From a virus: 64,000 nt of DNA. The DNA is taken from positions 1 through 64,000 of IMG/VR virus record IMGVR_UViG_3300045988_017048; one strand, given 5' to 3'. The position numbers were made by a program, and so were the translations under genes. Position 1 is the stretch's first letter; every line of letters starts with the position of its first letter. Positions 57,768 to 64,000 of the stretch are shown here, piece by piece. Below the pieces are notes generated by a model. That model ran no database searches, was not told the origin of the DNA, and was given only the letters and a program-made list of their open reading frames with translations.

Positions 57768-58148
57768 ATGAAGAAGCCTAATAATATAGTTAGAGTGCCA
57801 TGTTCTTTGAGTGGAAGCTTCTTTAGGTACTGGTTTATGTTCTTAGAGCCTTTTCATAAGCTAACTGATAGAGAGATTGATGTAATTACATCCTTTGTTA
57901 AGCAGAGATATGAACTCAGTAAAGTTATCAAGGATAATGAGATACTTGATAAAGTTACAATGAGTGAAGATACAAAGAAGAAAGTAAGGGAAGAGTGTAA
58001 CATCACTCTCCCACACTTTCAAGTAATTATGGGCAAGCTAAGGAAGAATAAGGTCATCATTAATGGTAAGATTAATCCAAGGTTTATTCCTAACATTGAT
58101 GAAGAAACTGGTACTTTCCAACTATTGTTACTTTTTGAATTGAAATGA
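57768..58148 (+). CDS. Hypothetical protein (126 aa)
   Basis: ORF coupled to the next gene (ATGA overlap). Confidence 0.6.
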   Translation: MKKPNNIVRVPCSLSGSFFRYWFMFLEPFHKLTDREIDVITSFVKQRYELSKVIKDNEILDKVTMSEDTKKKVREECNITLPHFQVIMGKLRKNKVIINGKINPRFIPNIDEETGTFQLLLLFELK

Positions 58149-58417
58149 ATTATTCTGATGTAATTGGTAAGGTTTCTGAAGAGTTGAATTTACCTAAAGA
58201 AGTGGTAGATAAAACATATAAAGCATTTTGGTTATTCATTAACCAATCCATACAGTCCTTGCCATTAAAGGAGAATCTTAATGAAGAGGATTTTGCTAAG
58301 TTAAGAACAAATTTCAACATTCCATCACTGGGTAAATTGACTTGCACTTATGATAGGATGTTAGGTATGAAAAAGAGACTCAAGTTTATAAAACAGATAA
58401 GGGAGAAGAAATGTTAA
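58145..58417 (+). CDS. Possible HU/IHF-like DNA-binding protein (90 aa)
   Basis: N-terminal helix pattern DVIGKVSEELNLPKEVVDKTYKAFWLFI and IPSLGKL resemble HU/IHF; crAss-like phages carry IHF-like genes near the terminase (recalled). Confidence 0.35.
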   Translation: MNYSDVIGKVSEELNLPKEVVDKTYKAFWLFINQSIQSLPLKENLNEEDFAKLRTNFNIPSLGKLTCTYDRMLGMKKRLKFIKQIREKKC

Positions 58418-58836
58418 AATTAAAAAAGATAAAGCCAATGTTCACTGCACTTATCACTACAATGGATAAGTATGAGCATGATATGATGGTGGGAGCTGGT
58501 CTTATTGATGTGACCAAGAGAGAAGGCAGCTTGAAGGAATATCAGAGAGTACTTGCAGTGGGTAGCTCTGTAAGAGACATTAAAGTTGGTGACTTGGTAT
58601 GGGTTAATCCTACAAGATTTGGTGTAAAGAAACACCAAGAAGGTTCTCTAAAAGATGGAGTAGTAACTGATAACCCTATCATAACTTACAACTTTGATGT
58701 TGTTGAGATGGATGGGAAGCAGTGCCTATTACTACAGGATAGGGATATTGACTTCATTATTGAAGAGTATGAGGAAGTTCCTGACCCAACTCCTTCACCA
58801 ATCATTCAACCAGAGAAGAAGAAACTAATTGTATAA
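58411..58836 (+). CDS. Possible GroES/Cpn10-like protein (141 aa)
   Basis: IKPMFTALITT...GLID...QRVLAVGSSVRDIKVGDLVWVN follows the GroES pattern (L-x-P-L-x-D-R-V ... G-x-V-x-A-V-G ... V-K-x-G-D-x-V). Confidence 0.35.
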   Translation: MLKLKKIKPMFTALITTMDKYEHDMMVGAGLIDVTKREGSLKEYQRVLAVGSSVRDIKVGDLVWVNPTRFGVKKHQEGSLKDGVVTDNPIITYNFDVVEMDGKQCLLLQDRDIDFIIEEYEEVPDPTPSPIIQPEKKKLIV

Positions 58837-58842
58837 CTCAAA

Positions 58843-58885
58843 AGAGTGTATCAGGAAAACCAATCTTGATACACTCTTTTTTTTT
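58843..58885 (+). terminator. Intrinsic terminator after the GroES-like gene
   Basis: 11-bp stem AGAGTGTATCA/TGATACACTCT followed by a run of about 9 T. Confidence 0.7.
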
Positions 58886-58895
58886 ACCAGACTTT

Positions 58896-59435
58896 ATGTT
58901 GAAATTATTCAAATATGAGGGTTACAAGATAGTAATATCTGAGGAAGCCTTTGCTCTTAAACCATTCAGACAGATATGGCAAAGAGACAAGACTGTTAAT
59001 AAGGATAAGGCTATTATGGAACTTGGCTTCATATACTTCTTTTGTGACCCAAGAAGTGACTATCAATACCTTGTAGATGACAAGGAAAGAATGGAAGCTA
59101 TCAAAGAGGGAGAGGGATTACCTCCTAAATGGGCACCAGACAGGATAGTAACAGAAGCAATGGAGTTTTATAAGTCCTTTAAGCCAATTTCAGCTTTACT
59201 CCTTGAAGACACGAGGTTTATGGTTGATAAGTATAGGAAAAGATTAAAAGCCCAAGAGTTTGATGAACTTGAAATTAAGGATTTGAAGGAAGCAGGTGCC
59301 CTCATTAAGCAAATACCTTCTCTTGTGAAAGACCTCAATGAGGCTGAAAAGGCACTTAACTCTGAAATGAGAGAGTCAGGTAGAATGAGAGGTCAGGGAG
59401 AAAAGACTATATTTGAGGATGACTTATCATTATAA
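58896..59435 (+). CDS. Hypothetical protein (179 aa from the ATG at 58896)
   Basis: The track start (TTG at 58866) lies inside the terminator hairpin, so the first ATG at 58896 is preferred. Confidence 0.6.
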   Translation: MLKLFKYEGYKIVISEEAFALKPFRQIWQRDKTVNKDKAIMELGFIYFFCDPRSDYQYLVDDKERMEAIKEGEGLPPKWAPDRIVTEAMEFYKSFKPISALLLEDTRFMVDKYRKRLKAQEFDELEIKDLKEAGALIKQIPSLVKDLNEAEKALNSEMRESGRMRGQGEKTIFEDDLSL

Positions 59436-59790
59436 TATGAAAGCAGAAGATATAATAGAAGGACTCAATAGACATATTGAGATAAGGAGAAGTGAAAGAG
59501 GAATTGAAAATGTAGGACATATTGTACTACAGAGGGAAATAATACCCCATTCCTCATTCAAAGTTTATAAGATTTATAAGTACACTCTTTGGTTCACTAA
59601 GAGAGGTAAATCTTATAGAGTAATGGCAGTACAGCACACTGCTAAGGTTCCTGATGGTCAGGAAGAGAATATGTTAAGGGAGATGAATGTCAGGTTGAGT
59701 ACACTAATATTCAATTGGATGGACTCTGCTTCTTATGAAGCAGTTATAAAGGGAGAATATAATGGAGTTTCAGAAGATACCAATGAATGA
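59413..59790 (+). CDS. Hypothetical protein (125 aa)
   Basis: ORF overlapping both neighbours, immediately upstream of terL. Confidence 0.6.
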   Translation: MRMTYHYNMKAEDIIEGLNRHIEIRRSERGIENVGHIVLQREIIPHSSFKVYKIYKYTLWFTKRGKSYRVMAVQHTAKVPDGQEENMLREMNVRLSTLIFNWMDSASYEAVIKGEYNGVSEDTNE

Positions 59791-62062
59791 ATATCAGACT
59801 GAGCTAACTGAGGAATTGGTTAATAGCCTTCCTCAGGAAGTTCAGGACCAGTTATTTGATATTATAAATAATGTAGAGTTTGTCAAGAGATTGATAAGTC
59901 CTACAAGAGAACATGCCAAGGATAGACCAAGAGATGATAGGGGTAGAATCATTGTAGACTTGGCTAATCCTCATATATTGGAGGATATGGACTATTTCAG
60001 ACCATCTGCTATACATTATGAGAAGTATGGTACATTTACTAACCTTAGACCCAATGCCAATCCTAATAGTGAATATGGTAAGTGGGTAAGAGAAGAAAGG
60101 AGAAGAATCTGGGATGGTTGTGTGAGGGAAAGTGATGGAGAATGGGTTACAGGCTATATGTACTGGTTCCTTAACTATTCTCCTATGATGCTCTCTAAGA
60201 TTAGAGAATACAAGGATAAGAATGGTAAGAAGAGAAAGTCCAAGAGGGCTGATAGAGTAGAGGCACTTCCTGAATGTTGGGAAGGAATCTATTGGAGATT
60301 CCATTGCTTAGACCAAGCATCAAATGGAGGCTTATATAATAACTTTGAGGGAGGTCAGCACATGGCTGAGCTTGCTTCCAGAGGTAAGGGTAAGTCATAT
60401 AGTCTTGCATCAATACTTAACCATATCTTTGTGGTAGGTGAGAATGAGGAAGCACATGAAAAGGTAAAGGGCATAGTAACTGCCTATCAGAAAGAGTACC
60501 TTACTAAGGATGGTGTTCTTAACAAGTTTGTAGATATGGCTAACTTCTGTGCAACTAATACTCAGTTTCCAAGAAAGAGATTAAAGAACTCTTTGCAGGA
60601 AATGACATGGATAATGGGATATAAGGATGTAGACCTTGATATTGAAAGAGGTACTCAAAATACAGTACTTGGAGTATCATCTAAGGATGATGAGTCTAAG
60701 TTGAGAGGTAAGAGAGCTGCTAAGATTCTTATTGAGGAGTTTGGTACATTCCCAAGACTTGTGGACCTTTATAATGTGTTGTTACCTTCAGTACAAGAAG
60801 GTGATATTGTCTTTGGTCAAATCTACATGTTAGGTACTGCTGGTGATAATGAATCAGACTTTGCTGGTGCTCAGGAAATCATGTATAATCCTAAAGGTTA
60901 TAATATGTATGCCTTACCTAATGTATTTGATAAATACAACCAAGGTAAACCTTACTTTGTATTCTTCTTTCCTGGCTATGTAAATAGAAAGGGATGCTAT
61001 AATGAGAATGGTGTATCTGATGTAATTAAGGCTCTAATTGAAATCCTTATGAATAGGTATAGGGTAAAGTACAATTCTACTGACCCTAATACTATTATTA
61101 AAACCATTGCTGAGGTTCCTATTACTCCTGCTGAGGCTATTGTTAAGACAGGTGTAAATATGTTCCCTGTAGCTGACTTGACTGAGAGAATAGGTCAATT
61201 GGATGCTAATCCTACAGAGTATGATGATGTATATGTAGGTGATTTGGTATTTAATAAAGATGGTCAAGTAGAGTATAAACCTACCTCTGCTACACCTATT
61301 AGGGATTTCCCACATAAGGATAACAAAATAGAGGGTGCTATTGAAATATATCAAATGCCTGAGATTGATAGGAATACAAGCAAGCCATACAATGACAGGT
61401 ATATATTAGGTGCTGACCCTTATGATGATGATGAATCAAATACTATGTCTTTAGGTTCTATATTTGTATTAGACCTATGGACAGATAGGATAGTAGCTGA
61501 ATACACTGGAAGACCTCCTTTTGCTGATGATTACTATGAGATTTGTAGAAAACTTTGTCTATTCTACAATGGTAGATTGAATTATGAGTATAATAAGAAA
61601 GGTCTATTCTCTCACTTCTCGACAAGAAATAGTCTTTATCTTCTCACAGATGTTCTTGATTTCTTAAAGGAAAAGCAGATGATGAAGGATGGCTATGGTA
61701 ACAAGTCAAAAGGTACTAATGCCTCTCCTGCCATTAATGCTTATGCAAGAAGTAGATTGAGAAGCTGGCTATTGGCTCCAGTTCCTATTATGCAGACTAT
61801 TGATGGAGAAGAGAAAGAAGTAATGGTCCCAAGATTATTTACTGTAAGGAATAGAGCACTGCTAAAAGAACTTATTAATTATAACTCTGAGGGTAACTTC
61901 GATAGAATATCTGCTATGGGTATGCTGATGCTTCTAAGGGAAGATAGGATGATAAGATACCAAGGAGATGTTAGTAAGGAAAAGCAAGAAAGGGCTAATA
62001 ATAGCTATGATGGTAATGACCCATTCTTCAAGAGAAATTATGACTTTAGGTTCAGGCAGTAA
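59762..62062 (+). CDS. terL: Terminase large subunit
   Basis: 766-aa ORF directly upstream of the portal gene; Walker A-like LASRGKGKSYS; C-terminal acidic nuclease-like region ILGADPYDDDE. Confidence 0.75.
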   Translation: MEFQKIPMNEYQTELTEELVNSLPQEVQDQLFDIINNVEFVKRLISPTREHAKDRPRDDRGRIIVDLANPHILEDMDYFRPSAIHYEKYGTFTNLRPNANPNSEYGKWVREERRRIWDGCVRESDGEWVTGYMYWFLNYSPMMLSKIREYKDKNGKKRKSKRADRVEALPECWEGIYWRFHCLDQASNGGLYNNFEGGQHMAELASRGKGKSYSLASILNHIFVVGENEEAHEKVKGIVTAYQKEYLTKDGVLNKFVDMANFCATNTQFPRKRLKNSLQEMTWIMGYKDVDLDIERGTQNTVLGVSSKDDESKLRGKRAAKILIEEFGTFPRLVDLYNVLLPSVQEGDIVFGQIYMLGTAGDNESDFAGAQEIMYNPKGYNMYALPNVFDKYNQGKPYFVFFFPGYVNRKGCYNENGVSDVIKALIEILMNRYRVKYNSTDPNTIIKTIAEVPITPAEAIVKTGVNMFPVADLTERIGQLDANPTEYDDVYVGDLVFNKDGQVEYKPTSATPIRDFPHKDNKIEGAIEIYQMPEIDRNTSKPYNDRYILGADPYDDDESNTMSLGSIFVLDLWTDRIVAEYTGRPPFADDYYEICRKLCLFYNGRLNYEYNKKGLFSHFSTRNSLYLLTDVLDFLKEKQMMKDGYGNKSKGTNASPAINAYARSRLRSWLLAPVPIMQTIDGEEKEVMVPRLFTVRNRALLKELINYNSEGNFDRISAMGMLMLLREDRMIRYQGDVSKEKQERANNSYDGNDPFFKRNYDFRFRQ

Positions 62063-62107
62063 ATTTAGTAAAAATGAAGACTAATGGTTAATAAATTACT
62101 TATATAC

Positions 62108-62138
62108 TTGCATGGGTCAAGGATTTTATTTACCTTTG
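62108..62138 (+). promoter_or_regulatory. Bacteroidetes-type promoter for the portal gene
   Basis: TTGCAT-N17-TACCTTTG; the -7 box ends 22 nt before the ATG at 62161. Confidence 0.65.
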
Positions 62139-62160
62139 CACAGTAATTAAATTGAAGAAT

Positions 62161-64000
62161 ATGGGATATGAAATGATAAATTTACCCCCACAGCAACTTC
62201 CATTTACTAAGAAGAATAAAGCTTGGAGAAAAAAGCACCTTGACTGGGCTGATTCTAAAACATTCTTCAATTATAGTTTGGTAAGGAAGTCTGTGATACA
62301 TAAGAAAATAAACTATGACCTCCTTAATGGGAAACTTCACATGAGTGACCTTGAGATGATACTGAATCCTGAAAAGCTACAGGCAGGTTTTATACCTGAC
62401 AGGATTCAACATTATCCTATTATGAATAGTAAGTTGAATGTGCTTAGAGGTGAGGAAAGCAAGAGAGTCTTTGACTTCAAGGTAGTAGTCACTAACCCTA
62501 ATGCTATTACAGAGATAGAGAATAATAAGAAGCAAGAATTGCTCCAAAAGCTACAAGAATGGGTGTCTAATACTTCTCAATCAGAAGAAGAAGCTAATCA
62601 AGAGCTTGAAAAGATAAATGACTATTACAGCTATGAGTGGCAGGACATGAGGGAAATAAGGGCAAATGCCCTATTAAACCATTATGTAAAGGAATTAAAT
62701 ATCCCTCTAATGTTCAACCAAGGCTTCATGGATGCAATGGCAGTTGGTGAAGAGATTTATCAATGTGATATTGTAGGAGGTGAGCCTACTATTGAAAGAC
62801 TGAACCCACTCAAAGTAAGAATCTTCAAGTCGGGATATAGCAATAAGATTGAGGATGCAGACATGATAATCCTTGAAGATTATTGGAGTCCAGGCAAGGT
62901 TATTGATACTTACTATGATGTATTGACAAAGAAAGACATGGAGTACATAGAGAAGATGCCTGACCATATAGGTCAAGCTGCTACAGACTCTATGGATAAC
63001 ATAGATGAAAGATATGGCTTTGTCAATAACCACATGATAGGAGATGAAATAAGTACAGAGGGACTCTTTTGGGACCCATTAGGAGAATATGATGGTGTTA
63101 ATAACTCACTTCTTCCTTATGATGTTGCAGGAAACTTGAGAGTACTTAGAGTATATTGGAAGTCAAGGAGAAAGATTAAGAAGGTAAGAAGTTATGACCC
63201 TCAAACAGGTGAAGAAGTATTTAACTTCTACCCAGAGACCTATGTAATAGATAGGGATGCTGGAGAGGAGGAGCAGATATTCTACATCAATGAAGCATGG
63301 GAAGGAACTAAGATTGGTACTGATATTTATGTTAATATGAGACCAAGAGTAGTTCAGTACAACAGGCTAAGTAATCCTTCAAGATGTCACTTTGGAATTG
63401 TTGGCTCTATTTACAACCTTAATGACAATAGACCATTCAGTTTAGTAGACATGATGAAGCCATACAATTACTTGTATGATGCAATACATGATAGATTAAA
63501 TAAGCTGATAGCAAGGAACTGGGGTTCATTAGTCAGACTTGACTTTGCCAAAAAGCCTAAAGGATGGGATGTAGAGAAGTGGTTGTACTATGCAAAGACT
63601 ATGGGTCTTGCAGTAGAGGATAGCTTCAATGAAGGTAATGTAGGTGCAGCTACAGGTAAACTTGCAGGTGCATTAAACAATGCCTCTACTGGTGTAATTA
63701 CAGCCTCTGATGGTAATCAGATACAGCAATACATCAATCTTCTTGAGTTTATCAAGATGGAAATGGCAGAAGTTGCTGGTATTACCAAGCAAAGAGAAGG
63801 TCAGGTAAGTAATAGAGAAACAGTAGGTGGAGTAGAGAGAGCTACCCTCCAATCTTCTCACATTACAGAGTGGCTATTTGTAGTGCATGAAGATGTCAAG
63901 AAGAGAGCATTAGAATGCTTGCTTGAAACAGCTAAGATAGCATTAAGAGGCAGAAGCAAGAAGTTCCAGTACATCTTATCAGATAATTCAATGAGAGTTA
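62161..64000 (+). CDS. Portal protein (5' part; the ORF runs off the window end)
   Basis: Hand-translated frame from the ATG at 62161 has no stop through nt 64000 (613 codons, MGYEMINLPPQQLPFTKKNKAWRKKHLDWADSK...). It is absent from the ORF track only because it has no stop in the window. Its position after terL and its size fit a portal. Confidence 0.7.
   Translation, partial: MGYEMINLPPQQLPFTKKNKAWRKKHLDWADSKTFFNYSLVRKSVIHKKINYDLLNGKLHMSDLEMILNPEKLQAGFIPDRIQHYPIMNSKLNVLRGEESKRVFDFKVVVTNPNAITEIENNKKQELLQKLQEWVSNTSQSEEEANQELEKINDYYSYEWQDMREIRANALLNHYVKELNIPLMFNQGFMDAMAVGEEIYQCDIVGGEPTIERLNPLKVRIFKSGYSNKIEDADMIILEDYWSPGKVIDTYYDVLTKKDMEYIEKMPDHIGQAATDSMDNIDERYGFVNNHMIGDEISTEGLFWDPLGEYDGVNNSLLPYDVAGNLRVLRVYWKSRRKIKKVRSYDPQTGEEVFNFYPETYVIDRDAGEEEQIFYINEAWEGTKIGTDIYVNMRPRVVQYNRLSNPSRCHFGIVGSIYNLNDNRPFSLVDMMKPYNYLYDAIHDRLNKLIARNWGSLVRLDFAKKPKGWDVEKWLYYAKTMGLAVEDSFNEGNVGAATGKLAGALNNASTGVITASDGNQIQQYINLLEFIKMEMAEVAGITKQREGQVSNRETVGGVERATLQSSHITEWLFVVHEDVKKRALECLLETAKIALRGRSKKFQYILSDNSMRV

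Noticed and set aside
56877-63861. Minus-strand track ORFs within the rightward arm (56877-57209, 57573-57761, 58150-58347, 58420-58638, 59852-60304, 60201-60413, 61034-61354, 62707-63033, 63673-63861).
   Set aside because: They are antisense to longer, better-supported plus-strand genes (terL, portal and the small-gene block) and have low-complexity translations.
1-64000. Stop-codon reassignment (TAG or TGA recoding) and suppressor tRNAs, as known in some crAss-like lineages.
   Set aside because: - Very long ORFs (2553, 1362, 769, 766 and more than 613 codons) are intact under the standard code on both arms.
- None of the tRNAs I folded has a CTA, TCA or TTA anticodon.
- The three aberrant tRNA-like genes remain unassigned, so this is rejected for this window only.
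1-64000. CRISPR array, integrase or attachment site, reverse transcriptase or diversity-generating retroelement.
   Set aside because: - No regularly spaced direct repeats were seen.
- No recombinase or RT motifs were seen in any ORF translation.

Overview
AT-rich 64-kb segment of a crAss-like (Crassvirales-type) phage of a Bacteroidetes host. All calls come from reading the sequence and ORF translations by eye; no searches were run.

Layout:
- A rightward gene tail ends at nt 388 and meets convergent terminators.
- A long leftward arm (524-51152) carries a 1362-aa protein and a 2553-aa virion-type two-barrel RNA polymerase (DFDVD motif).
- The same arm holds a dense nucleotide-metabolism and replication module: ThyX, thioredoxin, dUTPase, NrdG, NrdD, PD-(D/E)XK nuclease, endonuclease I-like, UDG, primase, SSB-like, ATPase, DnaB-like and SF2 helicases, and a family A DNA polymerase.
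- It also holds a lysis/membrane cluster and many small ORFs.
- Transcription diverges at about 51.2-51.6 kb.
- The rightward arm (51658-64000) carries a roughly 4.4-kb tRNA array interspersed with small genes, then the start of the morphogenesis module: large terminase and an open-ended portal ORF that is missing from the ORF track.

Main findings:
1. A phage-encoded tmRNA (ssrA-like, 45168-45548, minus strand) with a GNTSYRVAA tag frame.
2. About 30 canonical tRNAs covering all 20 amino acids, including an initiator-type tRNA, plus three tRNA-like genes with aberrant anticodon or D regions.
3. A translationally coupled four-gene operon with an E1/ThiF-like adenylyltransferase, a JAB/MPN (JAMM) metalloprotease and two unknown proteins, embedded in the replication module.
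4. nrdD split by a group I intron that carries an HNH endonuclease with its own promoter.
5. A HicA-like RNase gene followed by an acidic partner, next to a T4 Pnk-like kinase.
6. Six copies of a Bacteroidetes-type promoter, TTG(C/T)A(T/C)-N17-TAnnTTTG.
7. Repeat-rich non-coding regions around the strand-switch point.

No CRISPR array and no evidence of stop-codon reassignment were seen in this window.
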